This document shows positions 1-10,124 of a stretch of DNA of 37,714 nucleotides, piece by piece; within the stretch, counting starts at the first letter, position 1, and each line of letters begins with the position of its first letter. The translations under genes and the position numbers were made by a program. The stretch comes from Candidatus Woesearchaeota archaeon. Lineage in GTDB: Archaea > Nanobdellota > Nanobdellia > SCGC-AAA011-G17 > GW2011-AR17. The stretch covers positions 1-37,714 of the forward strand of contig JAGWAA010000003.1 in assembly GCA_018302165.1 (NCBI GenBank), read 5' to 3'. Under the pieces are notes generated by a model. It saw only the letters and a program-made list of their open reading frames with translations, ran no database searches and had not been told where the DNA came from.

Positions 1-59
1 TTTATACTTAACAAGAAAAACCATCCTAATTAAATAAAATCAAAGCTTAAATAATTTAT

Positions 60-3000
60 CTAAATTTTTTGTAACCAACCTTTTTTAGGTTCAAAGAAAT
101 CTCCATTCTTTTTCAAAGCATCAACAACTTCCTCAAGTTTTCTTTCTGTAATACCTTTCTCAAAAACTTTTGGTTTCAAATCTTCTTCTATACTAATTGG
201 CCCACCCATTTTCTCTTCGGATAACTGATACAAAATATCTCTTACATCTAAAATCCTTCCTCTGGAAGAAGCACTAATTCCTGTTGTCATCCGATCAATA
301 TCAATTTTTCCAGTCTCAGGATCAATACCAATATCATTCATACATCCTCTTAATAACGCAATTGCACGTAAAGCATCATCTTGATCAACAGTCTGTTTCA
401 ATTTAATTTTAGCAGAAGCTTCAGCTAATCTAACTACTGCTTCTAACTGTCTCGCAGAAATAGGAATTGGTTTAATAGAAGAATCTCCTTCAGTACCAGT
501 TGCACGTAAACTAACATAAAAATTCTTAATTGTTTCAATAGCTTCCTCAGTTAATTTAGGAAAAATTTTCTGTCTAGTATATGCAATATATTTTCTTAAT
601 ATTTTCCCATCAATTTCTGGCGGCAAATCTTTGTAAGCATGCGATTCCAAAACTTTTGACGCAATGTTTGCATCCATTTCTCTATTTGGTAAATCTCTCA
701 TTACAAAAATTAAATCAAATCTATTAATCAACGCAGGAGGCAAATCAATCTGATTCGGAATCGGTGTAAATGGATCAAAATAGCCTCATGCAGCGCTGAA
801 GTATCTTCTTTAGAAATTTTATCCATTTCATCAAGAACTAAAATTCCTTTGTCTGCTAAAACCATCGCACCTGCTTCTAATGCCCACCCTCTAAGAAATT
901 CATCTTTAACAACAGAACAAGTATTATGTACAAGAACTCCATCAACAACAAAATTATGTGAATCATCAATGGTTAAATCATAAACATAATCATAAGGTGT
1001 ATCAATCATTTCAATATTAACTATCTTCTCCCAAAAGATATCACTCTTAGCAAGAACTTTAATTTCTTTAAAATCAGAACCTTTAACTTTATCAAGAATT
1101 TTCAGTAAACCTTCTCTAGAAAAGTTTTTATGCCAACCAAACTTTCTTAATGAATAATTATTCTTTTGGAGCAAACTTTTTAATCGAACAGAAATTCCTG
1201 GAACAATATCAATATTTGTATCACTCTTTGTTTTAATTTTCAAAAGTTCTTCTAATTTTTTTTTCTTATTCTGATTCCTCAAAGGAATAAACTCATAAAA
1301 TTTTTTAAATTCATCTAAACTTCTTATTTCTAAAATATATTTTTTATGTTTTCCTATAATTTTAGAATTTACAGAAGGATTTCTAATCCTCAAAGAAACA
1401 TGAATATTATATCTCAACAAAACACTCTGAAGCTGTCTTGCAAGTTTTTCAGAACAAGTTGTCAAATCAATACAAGAAGAGCCTTCTCCTTTTTTTCTAA
1501 CATAAACTGAGCCATCTGTATCATATAATCCAGCAATATAATGAGCCAAAAGATTATTTTTCATATGCAACAAATCTTCAGATAAATAAATTTTATTAGA
1601 TTTCGGAGACAAAACTAACCCTAATCCAAAAAGAACTTCTCCAAGAATCTTTGAAGAACACCTTGTTTGTTTAGGTCTCATTTTATTTCCTTCAGTAGAA
1701 TAATAATGTAATCTAAATTGATTCGTTAAGATTTTTTGGAATTCAGAATGTAAATCCTCCAACGAATTTGAAAAACCAATTTCATAAGTAGAATTACTCT
1801 TTCTAATATGACCATCACCTGCAACTAACCCTGCAAGATACAAAACTTCATCATTCAAAACTAATGGAAGACTATGATTTTTTCCATTATATAAACTAAC
1901 CTTAACCACTTTATCATGATAATCTAATCCTACAACATTAGAAATTTTAATCAAATCCCTTAACTTTATATTTCCTCTTGCAAAATCATTAACCCAATGA
2001 TGATATAATTGATTTTCAGAAATTTTCAAATCTTTGCAAGCTTTTCGTAAAGAACCATATTTCTTAACTAACAAATTAGCAATTTCCTTAACAAAAGGTT
2101 TAACATTATGAACAACAGGATTAGAATTAACAAAATCAAGTATATATTTTTTATCTATAACACCACCAATTAAAGTTCTAGGAGTAGCAACATATTCTCC
2201 AACCTTTAACTCATTACTCTTCCTCCAATAAGTAAACCCCTCTTCAATAAAAAAAAGACTTGTATTCCCAGTTAATTCTATTTGCTTGCCACTTGAAAGA
2301 GTAATCTTAAACATTTTTCTTGGAGCCTCAAGTTTCCAAAGAGCATTAGGTTTTTTAGAATGAATTTTTAATTTATTAGACATACTTTGTATTTTCACAT
2401 CTGAAATATTTTCTTCTTTCCAAACTCCCGGTTTAAATTCAATATTATTCACTAATCTTTGTTCAACTAAATCTTGTATTTTAGGCATCCCACCAGGATT
2501 AGTTAATACAAAACTATTCGGACTCACACACAATCCAGCTCCTGACGCAGATCGTCCTGCAACATACCTCGCTTTCGGAGCAGTCTTTTCTACAAAGGTT
2601 AACATCTGACTTTTTCCACAATTATGTGAAACAATCCCATTTGCAATAAACATATGACTTTCAGGGACTTCAAAATCATAAACATCTTTTACTCCAGCAA
2701 AATCAATTGAAACAATTTTCTCCCATTCTTGATAACCTTTCCTTTTTCTTTCTCTTTGATTAATTACTTCTTTAACTTTCAATAAAGCATTATTCTTTTT
2801 TTCAGAAACAAATCCAATATTCTCGATAAATAAATTCATATCAAAAGCTCTGCGTATACATAAATTATCTTCAACTATTCTAGATTGTATCCCAAAATAT
2901 AAAAGCAATAATTGAACATCTCTAAGCAATTCACTATATCTTGATTTCAATTGAATAGAAGTTCTTCCTCTGCCATTACCAAATGCACAACCATCAGCTT

Positions 3001-4723
3001 CAAATAACCATTTCAAAAACGATGCAACAACAGATTTAGGACTTTGAAAAATACTTTGTGGTACTTTTTTTTCAGAAAGAAAACTTAAAGATTGAGCAAT
3101 ATGTTTACTATTAGCTTCAATTAAATGAACTTGTTGAGTAGAAATAATTTGCCTTGTACTTCCATCAACATTTTGAATCATACTAATCTTAGGATCTCTT
3201 GAAGAAAAATAAGGCTCTATTTCAAAACAAGTTTTCCATAGATTTGTAATTGGTATAATTAATTCTTTTTCTGCATCACTAACATAACAAGTAATCCTAT
3301 ATCCATTAGGATGCACATTACCATCACCAATAATATATCCATACAATCCTGCAAGTTCAGGAGTAACCTCTTTAGGTAATTTAACATCTTTCAAAAGCCC
3401 ACTACTTTTTTTTACAAAACTAAAATTAGTTTTCACATAATCCTTAACATTATTTTTAATTTCAGGCATAACACGCAATTCTTCTCTTAAAGTAAAACAA
3501 TCCGCTCTCTTCCACCCTTCCTTGCTCAACAATGGATGATCCAAAGTACATATCAATTGCTTTCCAGTTTCAGTAACAACTTTCAAAACCAATTTTTGCT
3601 CATATTTATGAAACTTTTTTGCATAATCAAATCCTTTCTCATTCACACAAGCCAATTTAACATTAATTTTTTCTAAATGCTTCTTCCCTAAATCTTCAAT
3701 CTTCTTCATTCCAAAATTAGAAGTTGCAACTTGCGAATCCCCAACAATACATCCTGGATCACCAACTAACAATACATGCAAATCTCCTCTAACAATAGTC
3801 TGATCTGCTTTAGTCTTTCTAATTCCACCAAATAACTGTAAAAGAATAGCTTCTTTAATTTTATCATGCCCATAAATCGACGGAGAAATACTTGCAACTA
3901 ATCTCTTATAAATATTTTTATCTTTAGCCAACTTTTTAATTTCAACTTCATCCTCAGGAGTAATATTAATTTCAGTATAATCTTCCTCAACAGGCTCAAC
4001 AAAATTCCCATTAACTCCTAAATCAAATCTTGTTGAAGTCCCACCAGTTTTAGTTGGCACAGGAATTTCAAACATCAATCCATTAACAATTATCCTAGTC
4101 CCTGGTGTCGTTCGCTTCTCCATTTTTGGTTCAACTAAATCTTCTCTTAAAAATATCTGCATTCTTTTAGGTTGTGCCCCACCCTCTAAATTTTCTGGAG
4201 ACTCTTCAATAACAATTCTTTGAACATCTACTAATTCTTTGGATAATAATCTAAACTTTCCTTTCCTTCCACAAGAACATCTTGAAGGTTCTCTAAAATT
4301 TGAATCAACCTGTGGCATTGTAATTGTATTCCCACATGATGGACACTCAAATTTCGCACTTACTGCTTGCGGTCGAACTTCAGAACTCTGCCTAATGATT
4401 CCTTCCATTGCAATAAACTTATTCAGATGCTTACTTCTCAAATTTTTAATATAAATTTCCTGAGACTTAGGCAACCCTTTAAACCTCACTCTAAACCCTT
4501 TCTTAACATCAAACTGCTCTAAAGCCATCTCAGCAGCCTTCAAAGTCTCTTCTGGCTCCTCTAACAACTGGTCAGCTAATTTAGGATCAAATTTCGTCAA
4601 CTCAAAAAAATCTAAAACCAAAAAATTAAGCCCTTTAGACAGATTTTCATGCAATTGCTTCTGATAACTCTGTTCGACAAATTCCTGAAATTTTTCTATT
4701 TGATCAGCTGCATCAATGGTCAT
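60..4723 (-). CDS. mcm: MCM replicative helicase with two inteins; frame broken near 780 by an apparent ~33-codon deletion (ORFs 728..4723 and 60..743)
   Basis: Zn finger CPSCG...CSCG, SPSIYGHDKIKEAILLQLFGG, Walker A GDPG|CGKS, Walker B VLDEMDK, Arg finger region LINRFDLIF, PISARQLEAVVRLAEASAK, C-terminal wHTH. Confidence 0.97.
923..2530 (-). mobile_element. Intein 2 in MCM (536 aa) with LAGLIDADG homing endonuclease
   Basis: Starts CVSPNSFV after SGAGL, ends FVVDGVLVHN before Thr of TCSVVKDE; motifs LAGLVAGDG and IAGLYDTDG. Confidence 0.93.
2621..3751 (-). mobile_element. Intein 1 in MCM Walker A (377 aa) with LAGLIDADG homing endonuclease
   Basis: Starts CIVGDSQV after GDPG, ends FIANGIVSHN before Cys of CGKS; block B TLDHPL; LAGLIDADG-like YGYIIGDG and FLKWLFEADG. 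Confidence 0.93.
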
Positions 4724-5151
4724 AAGCCCAGGAATAGAATTATTGAATATAAAGATTTGTGTTGTTTTTCCGAAATATTTTTAATCATCCTAACTTGATT
4801 TTCCTTTAGAAACCCTTTTTTTCTTAACAAATCCAATTTAGCTTTTGAAAGAACTTTAAACCCTGCCTTTTTACAAGCTTTCAAAGAAGCTATATTATCC
4901 TTATCAATAGTCGCACTCAAACAATTAAGATTCATTTTTTCCATAATCAAATTAACAATTATTTCAAATAGCCCTTTACTTCTAAACTCTTTTTTAATAA
5001 TAATTTGCAAAAAGTTTGGTTCAACTACACCTACAATACCAACTTTAGTTTTATTCTCAAATACAGTAAAAAAATTCTCACCTAACAAGATTTTTTCTTT
5101 ATCAATTAAAGAATTAAAAAAAACCTTATCAAATTTCTTTAAAGATATCAT
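4720..5151 (-). CDS. GNAT (RimJ/RimL-like) N-acetyltransferase
   Basis: KKEFRSKGL acetyl-CoA loop and IDKDNIASLKACKKAGF motif. Confidence 0.75.
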   Translation of the reverse strand: MISLKKFDKVFFNSLIDKEKILLGENFFTVFENKTKVGIVGVVEPNFLQIIIKKEFRSKGLFEIIVNLIMEKMNLNCLSATIDKDNIASLKACKKAGFKVLSKAKLDLLRKKGFLKENQVRMIKNISEKQHKSLYSIILFLGL

Positions 5152-5186
5152 AATTAAACAAAGTTAAATCAAATTAAAAAAGGTTT

Positions 5187-5654
5187 CTAAACCTCATCTT
5201 TCTTTAACTCAATTATACCTTTATAGCTAGTTTTTTCTAAACCTGTAGGAGTATGCTTATTGTAAATTTCAATAAATTTTTCTTCATCTAAATAATATTT
5301 TCCACCAGCATTTTTATTTTTATATTTTTTAATAATAATATAAAATGCCTCCAATTGCTTGAAAACACTATCTTTCCTTAATTCCACTAGTTTCTCGGAA
5401 TTAGAATCAATAAGCAAAAAGAACTCAGTTAAAGTTAAAGGCTGTTTCAAATGTGAAAGTCTTCTTTCTATTGCTTCTGGAGCAATCTTTTCGCAATAAA
5501 TTTGTCCAGTTAAATATAATATAGCCCTAGCTCTATTCAACTCTTCCCAAGAAGGATTGATAAGAATAGATTGATAACCATTCCAAAGGTTGTCTAATTC
5601 TTTTTCAATCTTCTTCACATCCATTAAATAAGTACACTTCATTAATTCTATCAT
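5187..5654 (-). CDS. hypothetical protein
   Basis: 155-aa ORF coupled to the upstream HAD gene; no recognised motif. Confidence 0.6.
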   Translation of the reverse strand: MIELMKCTYLMDVKKIEKELDNLWNGYQSILINPSWEELNRARAILYLTGQIYCEKIAPEAIERRLSHLKQPLTLTEFFLLIDSNSEKLVELRKDSVFKQLEAFYIIIKKYKNKNAGGKYYLDEEKFIEIYNKHTPTGLEKTSYKGIIELKKDEV

Positions 5655-6262
5655 TAGGATAGTAATTCAGTCAAAGTTCGTATTTCACGAGCATCAACAG
5701 GATTTCTAAATTCACCCGTTCTAGTTATTAAAATTCCTTGCAGATTTGCATCTCTTGCAGCATCGAGATCACTAAATAAATCACCAACATAAGCATTTCC
5801 ATTAGTTCTTTTTCCAAAATAGTTTTTCAATACCTCACCTTTTGAAAGCCTTATACCATCATTAGATAAAACCCTATTAGGAACATACCTTTCAAGTCCA
5901 GTTCTATTTAATATTTCTAAAGCTAAATTTAAAGCTAAATTTGTAACAATAGATACTTTTGGGAGCCTAGCTAAAGTTTCTGCAGCATCTTCATATGCAA
6001 AAGTTTCAGAAATAAATTTTTCTTGAAATCTAATATTATAAGGTTTTAAAATCTCCCAAGGTTTAATTTGTGATTCTTGTCTAATTAATTCCCTTTCAAC
6101 TAAGTCTTTTCTATCTTCAGTCAAAAAAAGGCTCATAAACATCTCATTAGGTGCTTGTAAACCTTTCTCAGAAAACACTCTATTTAATACATCTCTTATA
6201 TAAGCTTTATTAGTAAAAACTAATGTTCCGTCCAAATCAAAACAAAGTTCTCTTTCACTCAT
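5654..6262 (-). CDS. HAD-superfamily hydrolase
   Basis: FDLDGTL motif I, IVTN motif II, YVGDLFSDLDAA motif IV. Confidence 0.85.
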   Translation of the reverse strand: MSERELCFDLDGTLVFTNKAYIRDVLNRVFSEKGLQAPNEMFMSLFLTEDRKDLVERELIRQESQIKPWEILKPYNIRFQEKFISETFAYEDAAETLARLPKVSIVTNLALNLALEILNRTGLERYVPNRVLSNDGIRLSKGEVLKNYFGKRTNGNAYVGDLFSDLDAARDANLQGILITRTGEFRNPVDAREIRTLTELLS

Positions 6263-6321
6263 TTCTTTTCTCCTGTCCCATTCTAAGCCTTAATCCAACG
6301 ACCTAAAATAAAGATATAAAT

Positions 6322-6350
6322 AAGTGTAGTCCACCAACATGACAACATTT
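6322..6350. promoter_or_regulatory. Candidate operator (imperfect inverted repeat) between the divergent HAD and TrmB genes
   Basis: AAGTGTAGTC-N9-GACAACATTT (8/10 complementary) adjacent to TATA-like TTTATATATAAA. Confidence 0.3.
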
Positions 6351-6376
6351 ATATATAAAGAAATTACTCAAAAACT

Positions 6377-7114
6377 ATGCTAGATTTAACTAAATTAGGC
6401 TTAACTAAATTAGAATACAAAACCTATCTCATTCTTAGACGTTTAGGTAAATCCACACCAGGAATAATAATCAAAGAACTCCAGCTGCATCGAGCTACAG
6501 CTTATGATGTTCTTAATCGTTTAATCAAAAAAGGCTTAGTCAGTTACATAACAATAAACAAAAAGCGTTATTTCATTGCAGAAGATCCTTCAAGACTTTT
6601 AGATATTCTTACAGAAAAAGAATCAGAATTAGAAACTGAAAAGAAAAAAATAATTAAAGCTATTGAAGAGATTCAAAACTCAGAAAAAATAAAACAACCA
6701 AAGGATATTGCAAAAATTTTAACCGGAAAAGAGGGTGTAAAAACATTAATGCAAGATATTCTCAATACTAATCAAAATTTTCTCTCAATGGGTGGAGAGC
6801 TTAAGTTCAGAGATATTCTTCCAATATATTCAAAACATTGGGCAAAAGAACGTGAACATAAAAAAATTTTTGGAAAATTAATTTCAAATTATAAAACAAA
6901 AGACCAATGGAAAATGAATCATATTCGTTATTTACCCAAAGAATACACACTCCCCACCCCGATTATAATCTATGGTAATAAAATTGCCCTTGTTACACCA
7001 GATGAGAACTTCACAACAATTTTAATAGAAAATGAAAAAATTGCACAAGCATATAGGAGTCATTTTAATATCCTCTGGAACATAACGAAAAATAAACGGA
7101 GATTACTAAAATGA
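6377..7114 (+). CDS. TrmB-family transcriptional regulator
   Basis: N-terminal wHTH (LGLTKLEYKTYL...HRATAYDVLNRLIKKGLV) and C-terminal effector domain (IIYGNKIA...YRSHFNILW). Confidence 0.85.
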   Translation: MLDLTKLGLTKLEYKTYLILRRLGKSTPGIIIKELQLHRATAYDVLNRLIKKGLVSYITINKKRYFIAEDPSRLLDILTEKESELETEKKKIIKAIEEIQNSEKIKQPKDIAKILTGKEGVKTLMQDILNTNQNFLSMGGELKFRDILPIYSKHWAKEREHKKIFGKLISNYKTKDQWKMNHIRYLPKEYTLPTPIIIYGNKIALVTPDENFTTILIENEKIAQAYRSHFNILWNITKNKRRLLK

Positions 7115-8193
7115 AAAAAGAAATTGAAACTGCACAATTTTGGGCCAGAGAAACCCATACTCCTTTATTCACATTAACCGACCCAAATAAAATAGAAATA
7201 CAAAACACTTTAATTTTATACAACGCAGGAACTTCAAATTTTTATTATATAAATCAGAGTGAAAAAATAAGATCTAAAAAAGGATACGAATATTTTAGCA
7301 AAGAATCTAATTTCAATAAATATATTCAAGAGACAAAATTAATTATTACCAAAATACAGGCATTCATCAAACCCACACTTAAAAAGAATTACAAAATTTT
7401 GACTAATATAGAATTATTTAATGAATTCGAAATAACCGAGAACAAAATTCTTGAATTTTTTCAAATATATTCCCAAACTGAAGCTTACAATTTTAAAAAG
7501 TTCGAAAACAATTTCTCAAAATTCAATAAAGATTTTGAAGAAATTGGAAAAATACGCCTAGAAATGAGAAGATTAATTAAACCATTATTTACAATCCTTA
7601 TTGGGAAAATAATTAAAGAAACTGCCAAAAGAAATAATCTCAATATAGAAGATACATTTTTTTATACTTTAAATGAAATTAAAGATTTATTTTTAAACCA
7701 AAAACAAATTTCAAAAGAGATTTTAAATTCCAGAAAAAAAGGTTATTGTATTTTAGTCCAAGAAAATAGATATAAAATCTATACAAACAAAGATTATTCA
7801 GAAATTTCAAAAATTATTGAGAACAAATTCTCACCCAAAACTAAAACACTAACTGGTTCAGTAGCGTGCCAAGGCAAAGTCATCGGAATTGCAAGAGTAA
7901 TAATTCAAAATAAACAAAACCTCAAAAAAGAACTTTCAAAAATCAAGGACGGTAAAATCAAGGACGGTGAAATTCTAGTCACAGACATGACCAAGCCGGA
8001 AATGATAACCTATTGCAAAAAAACATCAGCAATCGTTACAGATGAAGGTGGAATTCTTTGTCATGCAGCAATAATTAGTAGAGAATTTAATATTCCCTGT
8101 ATTGTTGGCACCAAAATTGCAACCCAATTAATAAAAACAGGTGATAAAATAGAAGTTGATGCAATTAAAGGTGAAATAAAAAAAATTAATTAA
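7111..8193 (+). CDS. PEP-utilising enzyme mobile (phosphohistidine swivel) domain protein
   Basis: C-terminal GEILVTDMT...AIVTDEGGILCHAAIISREFNIPCIVG; ATGA overlap with the TrmB gene. Confidence 0.85.
   Translation: MKKEIETAQFWARETHTPLFTLTDPNKIEIQNTLILYNAGTSNFYYINQSEKIRSKKGYEYFSKESNFNKYIQETKLIITKIQAFIKPTLKKNYKILTNIELFNEFEITENKILEFFQIYSQTEAYNFKKFENNFSKFNKDFEEIGKIRLEMRRLIKPLFTILIGKIIKETAKRNNLNIEDTFFYTLNEIKDLFLNQKQISKEILNSRKKGYCILVQENRYKIYTNKDYSEISKIIENKFSPKTKTLTGSVACQGKVIGIARVIIQNKQNLKKELSKIKDGKIKDGEILVTDMTKPEMITYCKKTSAIVTDEGGILCHAAIISREFNIPCIVGTKIATQLIKTGDKIEVDAIKGEIKKIN
7939..7968 (+). repeat. 15-bp perfect in-frame tandem duplication (KIKDG x2)
   Basis: AAAATCAAGGACGGT x2. Confidence 0.9.
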
Positions 8194-8199
8194 AAAAAA

Positions 8200-8574
8200 T
8201 TAATCCAAAGGCTTCACTTCATAAACAAAACAACCAGAATTTGTATTCCAAGGTTGTAAAGGAAAAACACAATATTCTGAAACAGATACTACTTTTCTAT
8301 TTTCATAAGCATCTTTTAATCTATCATTAAGCTTCTCTAAATCTTCTCCACAATAAGAATCTGGATTTAATCTAAATATTCTAACATTTCCAGTTTCAGT
8401 TTGAAGAACTCCTTCTTTTCTTTGATTAAAAATACCTGCCTCACCAAATTCTAAAATATTAACTCTTTGATTTATTCTTTCTGAAGTATGCTTATTCCAA
8501 AAATAAATACCACCAGTAACAGTTGCTATAACAAAAAGAGCACATCCCATCTTAACATTATTTTCCAAATACAT
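8200..8574 (-). CDS. hypothetical membrane-anchored protein
   Basis: N-terminal hydrophobic segment; SD-like AGGAG upstream. Confidence 0.6.
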   Translation of the reverse strand: MYLENNVKMGCALFVIATVTGGIYFWNKHTSERINQRVNILEFGEAGIFNQRKEGVLQTETGNVRIFRLNPDSYCGEDLEKLNDRLKDAYENRKVVSVSEYCVFPLQPWNTNSGCFVYEVKPLD

Positions 8575-8603
8575 TTTTTACTCCTATCACCAAATTTTTA
8601 AAT

Positions 8604-8804
8604 TTATTTTTCCAATAATTTTTCTTCTAAACCAGAATGTTCTGTAAAAGATTCCGGCTGGGATTTTTTATAATGATCATAACAACTTCCACCATAGACT
8701 GCTAAAAACAAACTTCCAAATCCAACAATAAATAAATAATCCATAAGTGTAGGCTTATGATCATAATCACTACCAAAAATCTTATCATCAATCTTTTGCA
8801 TCAT
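8604..8804 (-). CDS. small hypothetical membrane protein
   Basis: One hydrophobic helix; AGGAG upstream. Confidence 0.5.
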   Translation of the reverse strand: MMQKIDDKIFGSDYDHKPTLMDYLFIVGFGSLFLAVYGGSCYDHYKKSQPESFTEHSGLEEKLLEK

Positions 8805-8820
8805 TCTTCAAATTTCTCCT

Positions 8821-9036
8821 TTAATTATTAAAAAACTGAGATTTATATTCGGAATCTCTAACTTTTCTAACAATATCATAAGTTCCAGCAACAAAACAAG
8901 CTATACCAACTATTCCAAAAAGAATATTCTCTAAATTTGGTTTAGAATATTCATTAATTACACCAGGAATAAAAAACAAAGACATACCAACAAAAGTACT
9001 AGGAGGTAAATATTTTTCAATCATTTTATCAATCAT
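8821..9036 (-). CDS. small hypothetical membrane protein
   Basis: Two hydrophobic segments; starts 2 bp after the TBP stop. Confidence 0.5.
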   Translation of the reverse strand: MIDKMIEKYLPPSTFVGMSLFFIPGVINEYSKPNLENILFGIVGIACFVAGTYDIVRKVRDSEYKSQFFNN

Positions 9037-9038
9037 TT

Positions 9039-9587
9039 TTATTTATACCCAATCTTAGCAAGTTCTTTTATCAACAGGTCAACAGCTTCATGCAATTTAC
9101 TTTCAGATCGAGTTCCAGTACAAACAATTTTTCCGTTACTGAATAACAAGAATGTTGCACGAGTTCCAGGAAGTTTATACACAAGGCCAGGAAATTGCTC
9201 AGGTTCATATTCAGTGTTTGTTAATTGAACAGCTAAAGCGTTTAAATTCAAATCTAAACCAATAGACCCAGCAGCAACTAAATTTTGCACTGTAAATTTT
9301 GGTTGAACTGTAATTTTAACTTTAATCTTTTCAACATTTTTAATAATCATATCAATTGATTCTTTAACAATCTGCATGGACTTTGCTCCAGTACAAACTA
9401 TTTTTCCAGAACTAAATATCAACGCAGATGTTTTAGGTTCTTTAATTCTCATAACAAGCCCAGGAAACTGTTCTGGATTGTATTCAGTATTAGGTAATGC
9501 CTCTGCTAACTTCACTAAAGGAATAGGTCTTTCTAAACTAGAAGTTGCAACAATATTTACGATTTTGATTTCTTTCTTTGCTACCAT
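9039..9587 (-). CDS. tbp: TATA-box binding protein
   Basis: Two repeats YxPEQFPGLV...L(I/L)FS(S/N)GKIVCTG; likely start ATG at 9587 after GGAGG. Confidence 0.97.
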   Translation of the reverse strand: MVAKKEIKIVNIVATSSLERPIPLVKLAEALPNTEYNPEQFPGLVMRIKEPKTSALIFSSGKIVCTGAKSMQIVKESIDMIIKNVEKIKVKITVQPKFTVQNLVAAGSIGLDLNLNALAVQLTNTEYEPEQFPGLVYKLPGTRATFLLFSNGKIVCTGTRSESKLHEAVDLLIKELAKIGYK

Positions 9588-9676
9588 ATTATATCCTCCA
9601 AACTCTATTTTACATTTTTTAGTAATCAAAATTCCTTTATAAACCTATTTATAAACAACTTGTCTCTAATTGGAGA

Positions 9677-10105
9677 CTAAACAGAAGAAACATTATTACC
9701 AACAACTTTTTCAAGGGAATTAAAAGAATCATAATTACACATACTTAAATCAACTAATCCTCTCTTAAATGCCTCTTCAAAAAGTTCTAAATTTGACTCA
9801 ACTTTAAGGCTAAGACTAGCAATTTGTCTTATTAATCTTAAATTCGTATTTCGTAATTCTACAGCTCTACTTCTTGCAGTTTCAATCAGACTATTTCTAT
9901 CTAATGAATCATATAAAGTACCACAACACTCACAAGAATAATGATTTCCACTAACAATATCACCAGATACAATCAAAACATGATCATCCAATGGACACAA
10001 AGCTTGAACACAATCAGGACCAAATTTAGAATTAAAAGTCTTTTTAGACATTTGGTAAAATTCATCTACTGTACCATCAAAAAAATATACTCCTAATTTT
10101 CTCAT
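9677..10105 (-). CDS. hypothetical protein (Cys-rich CECCG motif)
   Basis: 142-aa ORF between ileS and tbp. Confidence 0.5.
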   Translation of the reverse strand: MRKLGVYFFDGTVDEFYQMSKKTFNSKFGPDCVQALCPLDDHVLIVSGDIVSGNHYSCECCGTLYDSLDRNSLIETARSRAVELRNTNLRLIRQIASLSLKVESNLELFEEAFKRGLVDLSMCNYDSFNSLEKVVGNNVSSV

Positions 10106-10124
10106 AACAAATAAAATTATTCAT

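Noticed and set aside
7939..7968. 15-bp in-frame duplication
   Set aside because: A single perfect duplication, consistent with slippage or assembly error; no evidence of function.
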